24,541 nt of DNA, taken from positions 1-24,541 of IMG/VR virus record IMGVR_UViG_3300032233_001517; one strand, 5' to 3'. Positions 9,860 through 19,033 of the stretch are shown here, piece by piece. The notes under the pieces are model-generated. The model was not told the origin of the DNA. It searched no databases and saw only the letters and a list, made by a program, of their open reading frames with translations. Both the position numbers and the translations under genes were made by a program. Source of the DNA: a virus. Lineage: Duplodnaviria > Caudoviricetes. Each line of letters begins with the position of its first letter. The stretch's first letter is position 1.

Positions 9860-11050
9860 ATGTCCGTTGGTAGAAACTTACAAGAAATGGAAAACGTAGT
9901 CACTAAAAATGCTCAATCTGGCGAACCAATGCACAAGTTGTCTACTGGAATTGCTCCAGGGCAAACTGGTAGTTGGGAGGATCTGGGAGGACCTACTCCT
10001 GAGAACTATACAAACGAACCCAATGGTTCCGCAAAGCTTAAAGAGCCAGGTGGTTCTCTTAAGCAAGTAAGCGATGCTATTACCAATAGAAAGGGTAAAG
10101 CCGCTGCTATGGGAATGGGTCACCTTGCTCCTGGTGCAGTTAAAGAAGAATCAGAAGAAGATGAAGAAGATCTCATCTCTGAAGAAGAAATCTTAGAGGC
10201 TGCCAAAGAAGACGAAGAAGAAGGTAGCGAAGAAGATAAAAAAGAAGACAAGAAGGAATATGGCAAAAAGAATCCTTCTAAGTCCGAAGAAGATGATGAA
10301 GAAGAGAAAGTTGAAGAGTCCTTCGACATTGAAGAAGACGTAACCGCTCTTCTTGCTGGTGAAGATCTTTCCGAAGATTTCCAAATCAAGGCAAAGACAA
10401 TTTTTGAAGCTGCTATCAGAAGCAAAGTTGCTGTTATCAAAGAGCAACTTCAATCAGTTTATGAAGAGAAGCTCGTAGAAGAGCTTCAAGAAGTTAAGGC
10501 AGAACTCGTTGAAAGAGTTGATGCTTATCTTGAGTATGTTGCCGACGAATGGATTGCCGAAAATGAGTTGGCAGTCCAAAGCGGACTCAAAGCTGAAATG
10601 ACTGAATCATTCCTTATCGGAATGAAGGGTCTTTTTGAAGATCATTATGTATCAATCCCTGAAGAGAAATATGATGTAGTCGAGAGTATGGTAGATAAAC
10701 TAGATGAAATGGAGTCCAAACTCAATGAGCAAATTCAAAGAAATGTTGCTCTGAATAGGAGATTAGCAGAGTCAGTTACCGATGTAATTTTTGGTGAAGT
10801 ATCTGAAGGTCTTGCACTTTCACAAAAAGATAAACTCGCTTCTCTTGCTGAAAATGTTGAGTTTGATAGTGAAGATAGCTATCGTGAGAAACTAGTAACA
10901 CTGAGAGATTCTTATTTCCCAAGAACAACTAGTGCTCCAAGAAACACTGTTGACAATCTTGCTGAAGAAGTTAATTATAACAATGATGAGGCTGTTTCAG
11001 CTTCTATGGCTCGTTATCTTCAGACAATGCAAAGAGTTTCTAAAAAGTGA
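9860..11050 (+). CDS. gp22: Prohead core scaffold protein (gp22)
   Basis: Very acidic coiled-coil protein between gp21 and gp23, with EDLGGPTPENY, KAKTIFEAA and VDAYLEYVADEW..EN motifs. An alternative start at 9887 is possible. Confidence 0.93.
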   Translation: MSVGRNLQEMENVVTKNAQSGEPMHKLSTGIAPGQTGSWEDLGGPTPENYTNEPNGSAKLKEPGGSLKQVSDAITNRKGKAAAMGMGHLAPGAVKEESEEDEEDLISEEEILEAAKEDEEEGSEEDKKEDKKEYGKKNPSKSEEDDEEEKVEESFDIEEDVTALLAGEDLSEDFQIKAKTIFEAAIRSKVAVIKEQLQSVYEEKLVEELQEVKAELVERVDAYLEYVADEWIAENELAVQSGLKAEMTESFLIGMKGLFEDHYVSIPEEKYDVVESMVDKLDEMESKLNEQIQRNVALNRRLAESVTDVIFGEVSEGLALSQKDKLASLAENVEFDSEDSYREKLVTLRDSYFPRTTSAPRNTVDNLAEEVNYNNDEAVSASMARYLQTMQRVSKK

Positions 11051-11108
11051 TTTTTAAATCATAAAAAATCAAACTAATTAACAACAAATTTCAATAGAGG
11101 TAAAAAAC

Positions 11109-12512
11109 ATGCAAGGCCTAAACGCCGAATATTTGCAGGAGAAGTGGGCACCACTCCTTGACTATCAAGGAATGGATACCATCAAAGATTCACACCGCAG
11201 AATGGTAACCGCTGTTCTCTTAGAGAACCAAGAAAAATCAATCCGTGAGGAGCGTGAGTTCCTTTACGAAGGTCCAACCAACTCAGGTAACGCTGCTGGA
11301 GCCACTGGTGGTTTCGGTGGAAGTGCTACCGCTGCAGGTCCTGTAGCTGGTTTCGATCCAGTTCTGATCTCCTTGATCAGACGTTCAATGCCTAATCTGG
11401 TTGCTTATGATCTCGCTGGCGTTCAGCCAATGAGCGGTCCTACTGGACTTATCTTCGCAATGCGTTCACGTTACGCTAACCAGTCAGGAACTGAAGCTCT
11501 CTTCAACGAAGTTGATTCAGCATACTCCGGAATGGGTACTGGATTCACTCAAGTTGGATTTGGAAGCACTGGAGCTGGTATTGGTACCACTGCTCAGTCA
11601 GGTACAAACCCAGGTCTCCTCAACCCAACAGCAACTCAATCCCAGACAGCGTATAACGTTGGACAGGGTATGCTTACAGGCGATGCTGAGAACCTTGGCG
11701 TTGCTGGTGGTTCACAGTTCAACGAAATGGCATTCTCAATCGAGAAAGTCACCGTTACTGCAAGATCACGTGCTCTGAAAGCTGAGTACTCATTAGAACT
11801 CGCACAAGATCTCAAGGCAATCCACGGTCTGAATGCTGAAGCGGAATTAGCAAACATTCTCTCAACAGAGATTCTTGCTGAAATCAACCGTGAAGTTATC
11901 AGAACCATCTACAAGGTTGCTGAGCAAGGTGCTACCGTTAATACCGCAACTCCTGGTATCTTCGACTTGGACGTTGACTCTAACGGACGTTGGAGCGTTG
12001 AGAAGTTCAAGGGACTTATCTTCCAAATCGAGCGTGATGCTAACGCAATCGCACAAAGAACTCGTAGAGGGAAGGGTAACATGATCCTCTGCTCGGCTGA
12101 CGTTGCTTCGGCACTCACCATGGCAGGTGTTCTTGATTACACCCCAGCACTCAACTCAAATCTTAACGTTGATGATACTGGCAACACCTTCGCTGGTGTT
12201 CTCCAAGGCAAGTATCGTGTTTATATCGATCCTTATGCTGCAAACGTTGCTGCTAACCAGTACTACGTTGTTGGCTACAAGGGTTCTTCCCCTTATGACG
12301 CAGGACTCTTCTACTGCCCTTACATCCCTCTCCAAATGGTTCGTGCCGTTGGTGAGAACACCTTCCAGCCAAAAATTGGCTTCAAGACCCGCTACGGTAT
12401 TGTTGCTAACCCATTTGCAGAAGGTGCAATTTCGGATGCTCAAGGCTTGGGTCGCTTACAAGTCAACAGCAACCGCTACTATCGTCGTGTTCGTGTTGAC
12501 AACCTTATGTGA
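11109..12512 (+). CDS. gp23: Major capsid protein (gp23)
   Basis: EKWAPLLD, LISLIRRSMPNL.AYD..GVQPMSGPTGLIFAMRSRY, RALKAEYSLELAQDLKAIHGL, FQPKIGFKTRYG. SD GAGG; codon bias typical of high expression. Confidence 0.99.
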   Translation: MQGLNAEYLQEKWAPLLDYQGMDTIKDSHRRMVTAVLLENQEKSIREEREFLYEGPTNSGNAAGATGGFGGSATAAGPVAGFDPVLISLIRRSMPNLVAYDLAGVQPMSGPTGLIFAMRSRYANQSGTEALFNEVDSAYSGMGTGFTQVGFGSTGAGIGTTAQSGTNPGLLNPTATQSQTAYNVGQGMLTGDAENLGVAGGSQFNEMAFSIEKVTVTARSRALKAEYSLELAQDLKAIHGLNAEAELANILSTEILAEINREVIRTIYKVAEQGATVNTATPGIFDLDVDSNGRWSVEKFKGLIFQIERDANAIAQRTRRGKGNMILCSADVASALTMAGVLDYTPALNSNLNVDDTGNTFAGVLQGKYRVYIDPYAANVAANQYYVVGYKGSSPYDAGLFYCPYIPLQMVRAVGENTFQPKIGFKTRYGIVANPFAEGAISDAQGLGRLQVNSNRYYRRVRVDNLM

Positions 12513-12534
12513 GCCATTGGTTCATATCTCATTC

Positions 12535-12563
12535 AATACCTCCCGCAAGGGGGGTATTTTTTT
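12535..12563 (+). terminator. Rho-independent terminator after gp23
   Basis: AATACCTCCC-GCAA-GGGGGGTATT stem (10 bp with one G:U, GNRA loop) followed by a T run. Confidence 0.92.
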
Positions 12564-12565
12564 AT

Positions 12566-12572
12566 CTAAATA
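12566..12572 (+). promoter_or_regulatory. Probable late promoter variant (CTAAATA) for gp3
   Basis: TAAATA core immediately after the terminator and 13 nt before the ATG at 12586. Transcription must restart here. Confidence 0.55.
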
Positions 12573-12585
12573 CAAATAAAACATC

Positions 12586-13116
12586 ATGGCGACGGCATTT
12601 GATAAACAAATTCAAAATAGAAATTTCCTATCTCCAGTAGGATTTAAATTCACATTAGCCAAAGAACCCAAGGTAGCGTTTTTTTGTAATGCCGCAAGAA
12701 TTCCCGATATCAATTTAGGGGCAGCAACTCAACCAACATATCTTAGAGATATTCCTGTTCCTGGAGACAAAATTGAATTTGGCGATTTTAATTTAAGATT
12801 CCTTGTTGATGAAGACATGGAAAATTATATGGCAATTCACAATTGGATCTATGGTCTTGGATATCCAAATTCTACACAAGAATATAAATCTTTGATAACT
12901 GATAATACAGAAACTGAAGATCCCAAAAAAGCTTTCAGTGATGGTTCGCTTTACATTTTAAATAGCAACTTTAATTCTGTAGCAACTGTAAATTTCAAAG
13001 ATCTTTGGCCGATATCTTTATCTTCTTTAGAATTTGATGCGTCAATTCGAGATACAAACTACTTTACAGCAGATGTATACTTCAAGTATACTGTATATAA
13101 TATTAATACAAATTAA
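12586..13116 (+). CDS. gp3: Tail completion / tail tube terminator protein (gp3-like)
   Basis: NRNFLSPVGFKF, IPVPGDKIEFGDFNLRFLVDEDMENY..IHNWI.GLG, F.DLWPISLS.LEFD; tube-fold paralog located between gp23 and uvsY. Confidence 0.88.
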   Translation: MATAFDKQIQNRNFLSPVGFKFTLAKEPKVAFFCNAARIPDINLGAATQPTYLRDIPVPGDKIEFGDFNLRFLVDEDMENYMAIHNWIYGLGYPNSTQEYKSLITDNTETEDPKKAFSDGSLYILNSNFNSVATVNFKDLWPISLSSLEFDASIRDTNYFTADVYFKYTVYNINTN

Positions 13117-13121
13117 CCATT

Positions 13122-13550
13122 ATGAATCTTGATGAAATTCAGGAGATGTGGCAGAGAGATTCTGTTATTGATCCCGACAACTTACACGATGAATCCTTAA
13201 AAATTCCTCAACTTCACTGCAAATATTATACCATATATAATACAATCACTCTTCTCCGTGAAAAAGCAAGAGAAACTTATAATAAGGTTCGTTTAGAACG
13301 TTACAATTACTATACAGGAAAAGCAGAACCTGAGGTTTATGAAAAAGAACCTTTTCCTTATAAAGTAAGAGAAAAAGATGCAATTGATAGGTACATGTCC
13401 GCAGACGAAAGATTATTTAAAATTGATTTAAAAATCAAATATTATGATACCACATTAAAATTTTTAGAAGAAATTATTAAGACGGTTTCAAATAGAACTT
13501 ATCAAATCAAAAATGCAATTGAGTGGCATAGATTTCAATCAGGATTTTAA
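13122..13550 (+). CDS. uvsY: Recombination mediator UvsY
   Basis: DSVIDPDNLHDESLKIPQLH.KY, YYTGKA, R.YQIKNAIEW.RFQSG; directly before uvsW. Confidence 0.92.
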   Translation: MNLDEIQEMWQRDSVIDPDNLHDESLKIPQLHCKYYTIYNTITLLREKARETYNKVRLERYNYYTGKAEPEVYEKEPFPYKVREKDAIDRYMSADERLFKIDLKIKYYDTTLKFLEEIIKTVSNRTYQIKNAIEWHRFQSGF

Positions 13551-13553
13551 TTC

Positions 13554-15017
13554 ATGAGTCATTTAATTATATCAAAAAAGAACGAAGTTTACTTACAAGT
13601 AAAAGCAGAACCACACGTATATTACGAATTGTCTGATCAATTTACTTTTGAAGTTCCTGGTTCTAAATTCATGCCTCAGTATCGTAGCAAATACTGGGAT
13701 GGCAAAATAAGATTATTCAATACTCAAAATGGAGAAATCTATGTTGGGTTATTGGATAAGATTATAAAATTTTGCGAAAATCAAAAATATAGCTATGAAT
13801 TTACTGATAATAAATTTTATGGACTTCCTTTTGAAGTAAATCAACACATTTCAAAGGAAGGTGTAAAAGATTATATGACTTCAATTAGCCGTCATTCTCC
13901 AAGAGAGTATCAAATTGAAGGTGTGTATGATGCACTTAGACACAATAGAAAATTATTAATTTCACCAACTGCTTCTGGTAAATCTCTAATGATTTACTCT
14001 ATTGTAAGATACTATGTTGAGAAAAATGAAAACATTCTTTTGATTGTTCCAACCACAAGTTTGGTTGAACAAATGTACAAAGATTTTGAAGATTATGGAT
14101 GGGATGCTGGATCATATTGCCATAAAATTTATGCAGGAAAAGAAAGAGATAGCAATGCTCAGGTTATTATAACAACTTGGCAGTCAATTTACAAACTTCC
14201 TAAACAGTACTTTGAAAGATTTAATGTTGTAATTGGAGATGAAGCTCATCAATTTAAATCTAAATCATTAGTTTCTATCATGACTAAACTTTTTGATGCC
14301 AAATATAGATTTGGATTTACTGGAACTTTAGATGGAACACAAACTCATAAATGGGTATTAGAGGGATTATTTGGAGCATCATATAAAATTATTAAAACCG
14401 ATGAGTTGATGCAAAAGGGACATTTAGCAAAACTGGATATTAAAATTCTTTTGTTAAAGCACCCACCACACAAGTTCGAAACTTTTGAAGATGAAATACA
14501 ATATTTAATCGCTCATGAAAAAAGAAATAACTTTATTAAAAATCTTACTTTAGATCTAAAGGGAAATACTCTTGTCCTTTTTACTAGAGTAGAATCTCAT
14601 GGTAAGCCATTATATGATTTAATAAATAATAACAAACTTGATAATCGTCAAGTATTTTTTGTTCATGGTGGAATAGAAACTGAAGAAAGAGAAAAAGTCA
14701 GAGAGATAACTGAAAAAGAAAACAACGCAATTATCGTGGCATCTTATGGGACTTTTTCTACCGGCATTAATATTCGTAATTTACATAATGTTGTGTTTGC
14801 ATCACCATCGAAATCGAGAATTAGAAATCTCCAATCTATCGGAAGAGTTCTCAGAAAGGGTGAAAACAAAGTAAAAGCAACTTTATACGATATCGCTGAT
14901 GACATTAGCTATAAGTCCAGAAAAAATTATACTCTTAATCACTTAATCGAAAGAATTAAAATTTATAACGAAGAAAACTTTAATTACGACATAGTAAATA
15001 TTAATCTTAAAAGCTAA
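13554..15017 (+). CDS. uvsW: SF2 DNA/RNA-DNA helicase UvsW
   Basis: WDGKIRLF, Walker A SPTASGKS, DEAH box, GFTGT, STGINI, LQSIGRVLR. Confidence 0.96.
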   Translation: MSHLIISKKNEVYLQVKAEPHVYYELSDQFTFEVPGSKFMPQYRSKYWDGKIRLFNTQNGEIYVGLLDKIIKFCENQKYSYEFTDNKFYGLPFEVNQHISKEGVKDYMTSISRHSPREYQIEGVYDALRHNRKLLISPTASGKSLMIYSIVRYYVEKNENILLIVPTTSLVEQMYKDFEDYGWDAGSYCHKIYAGKERDSNAQVIITTWQSIYKLPKQYFERFNVVIGDEAHQFKSKSLVSIMTKLFDAKYRFGFTGTLDGTQTHKWVLEGLFGASYKIIKTDELMQKGHLAKLDIKILLLKHPPHKFETFEDEIQYLIAHEKRNNFIKNLTLDLKGNTLVLFTRVESHGKPLYDLINNNKLDNRQVFFVHGGIETEEREKVREITEKENNAIIVASYGTFSTGINIRNLHNVVFASPSKSRIRNLQSIGRVLRKGENKVKATLYDIADDISYKSRKNYTLNHLIERIKIYNEENFNYDIVNINLKS

Positions 15018-15424
15018 TGGATGAAGAATTTTATTGTTCACTAAAGTTAGTATCGGGTGAAGAAATATTCTCTTTAATTTGTGTTGATGAGAATAATGGA
15101 AATCCAATTATAGTTTTACAAAATCCTGTGATTATGAAAGTTTTAAATAGTCATATGGCGACAGCTATTAAGATAACTCCATGGATGCAAATACCACCAG
15201 ATGATTTCTTTGTAATTAAATTTGATAAAGTTATTACTATGACTGAAATTACTGATAAAACAATTATCAACGTTTATCAAAAATATTTAAATGATGAAGA
15301 TGAAACTACTCCTCAAAATTTAAGTGGTGAAGTAAAAATATCAAACGATATGGGCTACATCTCTTCTGTAGAAGATGCTCGTAAAAAACTTGAGAATGCT
15401 TTTAAAGGTATTAAAGAATCTTAA
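15017..15424 (+). CDS. Conserved hypothetical protein, possible Sm-like fold (135 aa)
   Basis: TAATG-coupled to uvsW. The N-terminal 'LKLVSGEEI..I...L.NP' pattern resembles Sm-like beta-barrel phage proteins (inference). Confidence 0.7.
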   Translation: MDEEFYCSLKLVSGEEIFSLICVDENNGNPIIVLQNPVIMKVLNSHMATAIKITPWMQIPPDDFFVIKFDKVITMTEITDKTIINVYQKYLNDEDETTPQNLSGEVKISNDMGYISSVEDARKKLENAFKGIKES

Positions 15425-15451
15425 AGCACCCTTATCAACCCTAACAAAGGT

Positions 15452-15480
15452 ATTCTACACGTATTTGGATGTCTTGTCAA
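15452..15480 (-). promoter_or_regulatory. Antisense sigma70-type promoter (TTGACA-N17-TAGAAT)
   Basis: The reverse complement reads TTGACA AGACATCCAAATACGTG TAGAAT: perfect -35, 17-nt spacer, 5/6 -10. Confidence 0.7.
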
Positions 15481-15503
15481 GCCCTTTACAAGTATGCTAT
15501 AAT
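15474..15503 (+). promoter_or_regulatory. Sigma70-type promoter for the gp55-gp47-gp46 operon
   Basis: TTGTCA (15474-15479), 18-nt spacer, TGcTATAAT extended -10 (TATAAT 15498-15503), 34 nt before the gp55 ATG. Confidence 0.85.
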
Positions 15504-15537
15504 ACTAATAAGTTATTTAAATCAATAAGAAAATGTT

Positions 15538-16014
15538 ATGGCTAAAAAGAAATCGGAGCACTATGTAAACAATAAAGAACTGCTAGAAGCATTGATTGTT
15601 TATAGAGAGAAGGTTGCTCATGCAAAATTGAATGATCTTCCAAAACCAAGAATTACAAATTATCTTGGAGAGTGTTTTCTAAAGATTGCTACTCATTTGT
15701 CTTATAAACCAAACTTCGTTAATTATATGTTCCGTGAGGATATGATTTCTGACGGGATTGAGAACTGTGTTCAGTACATTCATAACTTCAATCCTGAAAG
15801 ATCTCAGAATCCATTTGCATATTTTACTCAGATTATTCACTATGCATTTCTGCGTAGAATTCAAAAAGAAAAGAAACAATTAGAGATTAAAAATAAAATC
15901 ATTGAACGCACTGGATTTGATGAGGTTATGACTGTTGATGATAGTTTGCTTTCTGGATCTAGAAGCGACTATAATACCATTAAAGACAATATCCAGTACA
16001 AACTCAGCCGATGA
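15538..16014 (+). CDS. gp55: Late-transcription sigma factor (gp55)
   Basis: HYVNNKELL, YLGECFLKIA.HLSYKPNFVNY, EDMISDGIENC..Y..NFNP, NPFAYFTQI...AFLRRIQKEKKQ. Confidence 0.96.
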   Translation: MAKKKSEHYVNNKELLEALIVYREKVAHAKLNDLPKPRITNYLGECFLKIATHLSYKPNFVNYMFREDMISDGIENCVQYIHNFNPERSQNPFAYFTQIIHYAFLRRIQKEKKQLEIKNKIIERTGFDEVMTVDDSLLSGSRSDYNTIKDNIQYKLSR

Positions 16015-17045
16015 AAGTCGCCATTTTAACGGATACACATTATGGGGCTCGCAAAGGCTCCAAGTATCTGCATGATTTCTTTGAACTTTTCTACAAAAAT
16101 ATTTTTTTTCCAACTCTTGAAGAAGAAGGAATTACAACGGTATTGCATTTAGGAGATGCCTTTGATAGCCGCAAATCAATTGATTACCAAAGTTTAGAAT
16201 GGTCAAAAAGAGTTGTATTTGATCCCCTTAAAGATTATGATGTTCATATGATTATCGGTAATCATGATTGCTATTATAAAAATACTAATCAAACCAATTC
16301 ACCAGAACTCTTACTGAAAGATTATCCAAATATTAAAGCATATAGTGATCCAAAGGAAGTTACTATTGGTGGGTTAGATATAGCTTTTATTCCTTGGATT
16401 TGTGCTGAAAATGAAGAATCTACAAAACAATTAATTGATAGAACCAAAGCAAAAGTTGCTATGGGACATCTTGAGTTGAACGGGTTTCAACCTTATAAAG
16501 GACATATCATGGAAGATGGTATGGATACGAATATCTTTGATAAGTTTGATAGAGTATTCTCTGGACATTATCATACTCGTTCAAATAATGGAAGAATTTA
16601 CTATTTGGGTAATACTTATGAGATGTATTGGAATGATGTAAATGATACTCGTGGATTTCACATCTTTGATACTGAAACCTTAAAACTTACGCCAATTGAT
16701 AATCCTTATAAATTATTTCATATCATTTATTATGAAGATACTCCATATCAAACATTTGATAGTCGTCAATATGAAAATAAAATTGTAAAGGTAATTGTTC
16801 GTAAAAAATCAAGACCCAAAGATTTTGAAAAATTTATTGATAAACTTTATTCTTCTGGAGTTCAAGAGCTTAAGATTATTGAAAACTTTGTAATTCAAGA
16901 AAATGAAGATTTTGAAATTGATGAAACTGAGAATACAATTTCAATTTTAAATCGTTATATCGATGAGGCAGAAGTAGAACATGATAAGGCAATTATTAAG
17001 AAAATTCTTCAAGAAGTTTACAGAGAATCCTGTGAGGTAGAATAA
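16011..17045 (+). CDS. gp47: Recombination endonuclease subunit, Mre11/SbcD-like (gp47)
   Basis: Metallophosphoesterase motifs DTHYG, LGDAFD, GNHD, MGHLE, SGHYH; ATGA overlap with gp55. Confidence 0.95.
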   Translation: MKVAILTDTHYGARKGSKYLHDFFELFYKNIFFPTLEEEGITTVLHLGDAFDSRKSIDYQSLEWSKRVVFDPLKDYDVHMIIGNHDCYYKNTNQTNSPELLLKDYPNIKAYSDPKEVTIGGLDIAFIPWICAENEESTKQLIDRTKAKVAMGHLELNGFQPYKGHIMEDGMDTNIFDKFDRVFSGHYHTRSNNGRIYYLGNTYEMYWNDVNDTRGFHIFDTETLKLTPIDNPYKLFHIIYYEDTPYQTFDSRQYENKIVKVIVRKKSRPKDFEKFIDKLYSSGVQELKIIENFVIQENEDFEIDETENTISILNRYIDEAEVEHDKAIIKKILQEVYRESCEVE

Positions 17046-17311
17046 TGTATCTTCTTACATTAGTAGGACATAAAGAGGATGGAGCATATGCTGTTCCAAA
17101 TAAGTATGGAGAAAAAGTTTTATTTTTCTTTGAAGAAGAAGATGATGCAAAAAGATATGCTTTAATGTTAGAGAATATGGAAGATTCGGAAATGGAAATT
17201 GTAGAAGTAGATAATGAACTTGCAATAAAAACTTGTAACATGTATAATTACAAGTATGCCGTAGTTAGTCCAAACGATATTGTAGTGCCTCCCAAATATG
17301 ATAACATTTAA
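17045..17311 (+). CDS. DUF3110-like small protein (88 aa)
   Basis: Coupled between gp47 and gp46. 'FEEEDDAKRYALMLE...C....Y..V.P...VVPP' matches my recollection of the cyanobacterial DUF3110 pattern; not search-verified. Confidence 0.7.
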   Translation: MYLLTLVGHKEDGAYAVPNKYGEKVLFFFEEEDDAKRYALMLENMEDSEMEIVEVDNELAIKTCNMYNYKYAVVSPNDIVVPPKYDNI

Positions 17312-19007
17312 AAAAATTCGTTGGCGGAACTTTCTATCAACCGGCAACTATTGGAATACCGTTGATTTTCAGAATAGTGCAACCAATTTGATTATTGGTA
17401 CAAATGGTGCTGGAAAATCTACTGTATTGGATGCCCTCACTTTCGGGTTATTCAATAAACCATTTCGCAAAATTAACAAACCACAGCTTATAAATTCCAG
17501 CAACGAAAAAGATTGTGTTGTAGAAATTGAGTTTTCTGTGAACAATAGGGAATATCTTGTTCGTCGTGGAATTAAACCAAATATTTTTGATATTGAAGTT
17601 GAAGGTAAAAAGCTCCATAAGGAAGCAGATGAGCGATCAAATCAAAAAATTCTTGAAGAAAATATTCTAAAGGTAAACTACAAATCTTTTACTCAGATTG
17701 TAATTTTGGGTAGTAGTAATTTTGTGCCTTTTATGCAGTTGACTTCCGCAAATCGAAGAGAAGTCATCGAAGATCTTTTGGATATTCGTGTGTTTTCTGT
17801 GATGAATGGAATTATTAAAGAAAAAATTCGTCAGCAAAAAGATCAGATTAAATCGTTAGATTTGAAGAAAGAATCTCTTAAAGATAAAGTTGAAATGCAA
17901 CAGAACTTTATTGAAGAGTTGGAAAATCGTGGAAAGAAAAATATAAAAGAACGCAAAACAAAAATTGATACTTTGCTGAAGGAATCTGAAGTTTATGTAC
18001 TTGAGAATTCAAAATTAGAAGAGAATGTTTTTTCTTATACTAAAGAGCAAGAAGAAGTTGTAGGTGCTACGGATAAACTTAAAAAACTTGGAAATTTAAA
18101 AGGTAAAATTTCCCAAAAAGTTTCCAGTATTACTCAAGAGCATAAGTTCTTTAATGAGAATACAGTATGTCCAACATGCACTCAAACAATTGAGGAGGAG
18201 TTTCGTCTGAATAGAATTTCTGATGCTAAAACTAAGGCAAAGGAACTTCAGGCTGGTTATGAAGAACTTGAGCAGACAATTAAATCTGAGGAAGAAAGAG
18301 AACGTCAGTTTATTGCTCTCTCCAAAGAAGTTGCAAAACTGAATCAAGAGATTTCTCAAAACAATACCAAAGTTAATTATAATCAAAGACAGATTAAAGA
18401 ACTTAATGATGAGATTGAGAAAATTGGTGAGCAGCTTAAAAATAAAAATGAGGAGCATGAAAAGCTAGAAGAATTTAAAGAAAGTCTTCAAAGAACATTT
18501 GAAGATTTGGGTAAGAAAAAGCAAGATATTTTGCATTATGATTTTGCCTATTCCCTTCTCAAAGATGATGGTGTAAAGACAAAGATCATTAAAAAATATC
18601 TTCCTCTGATTAATCAACAAGTTAATCGTTATCTTCGGATGATGGATTTTTATATTAATTTCTATCTTGATGAAGAATTTAATGAAAGTATTAAATCACC
18701 CATTCATGATAATTTTTCTTATGCTTCTTTCAGTGAAGGTGAGAAGATGCGTGTAGATTTGGCTCTTCTATTCACCTGGAGAGAGGTTGCTCGTATTAAG
18801 AATTCAGTAAATACTAATCTATTAATTATGGATGAGGTATTTGATAGTTCGTTGGATGGATTTGGAACTGAAGAATTCTTAAAAATTATTCGTTATGTAA
18901 TTAAGGATGCTAATATCTTTGTGATCTCTCACAAGACCGAGTTACATGATAAGTTTGAAAGCGTTATTAAGTTCGATAAGGTGAAGGGCTTCAGTAGGAT
19001 GGTTTAA
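17298..19007 (+). CDS. gp46: Recombination endonuclease ATPase subunit, Rad50/SbcC-like (gp46)
   Basis: NFLSTGN, Walker A GTNGAGKST, coiled coils with CPTC zinc hook, signature FSEGE, Walker B IMDEVFD, ISHK. Confidence 0.96.
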   Translation: MITFKKIRWRNFLSTGNYWNTVDFQNSATNLIIGTNGAGKSTVLDALTFGLFNKPFRKINKPQLINSSNEKDCVVEIEFSVNNREYLVRRGIKPNIFDIEVEGKKLHKEADERSNQKILEENILKVNYKSFTQIVILGSSNFVPFMQLTSANRREVIEDLLDIRVFSVMNGIIKEKIRQQKDQIKSLDLKKESLKDKVEMQQNFIEELENRGKKNIKERKTKIDTLLKESEVYVLENSKLEENVFSYTKEQEEVVGATDKLKKLGNLKGKISQKVSSITQEHKFFNENTVCPTCTQTIEEEFRLNRISDAKTKAKELQAGYEELEQTIKSEEERERQFIALSKEVAKLNQEISQNNTKVNYNQRQIKELNDEIEKIGEQLKNKNEEHEKLEEFKESLQRTFEDLGKKKQDILHYDFAYSLLKDDGVKTKIIKKYLPLINQQVNRYLRMMDFYINFYLDEEFNESIKSPIHDNFSYASFSEGEKMRVDLALLFTWREVARIKNSVNTNLLIMDEVFDSSLDGFGTEEFLKIIRYVIKDANIFVISHKTELHDKFESVIKFDKVKGFSRMV

Positions 19008-19009
19008 TT

Positions 19010-19017
19010 CATAAATA
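19010..19017 (+). promoter_or_regulatory. Late promoter variant (CATAAATA)
   Basis: nATAAATA directly after the gp46 stop, 16 nt before the ATG at 19034. Confidence 0.75.
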
Positions 19018-19033
19018 TCTAAAAACCATAGAA

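Noticed and set aside
10145-10310. GAA-rich low-complexity tract
   Set aside because: It encodes the Glu/Asp-rich region expected in gp22 scaffolds; not an independent repeat element.
11048-11071. TGATTTTT...AAAAATCA inverted repeat upstream of gp23
   Set aside because: The stem is 8 bp and almost all AT in an AT-rich spacer, with no U-tract. Too weak to call.
2182-12512. Introns, inteins or homing endonucleases in gp17, gp20 or gp23
   Set aside because: The ORFs are continuous and of normal length, without intein termini or HNH/GIY-YIG motifs.
12103-12579. 158-aa alternative-frame ORF overlapping the gp23 3' end (possible frameshift extension)
   Set aside because: It runs through the strong gp23 terminator, has Leu/Thr/Ser-rich off-frame composition, and I saw no slippery site. 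It is explained by gp23 codon bias.
12513-12585. Absence of gp24 after gp23
   Set aside because: gp23 followed by gp3-uvsY-uvsW is the usual arrangement in T4-like cyanophages, so it is not unusual.
843-18458. Many short alternative-frame and minus-strand ORFs inside gp17-gp46 (e.g. 901-1188, 2569-2955, 10120-10440, 18096-18458)
   Set aside because: They are nested in well-supported + strand genes and have no motifs or expression signals. They are shadows of codon bias.
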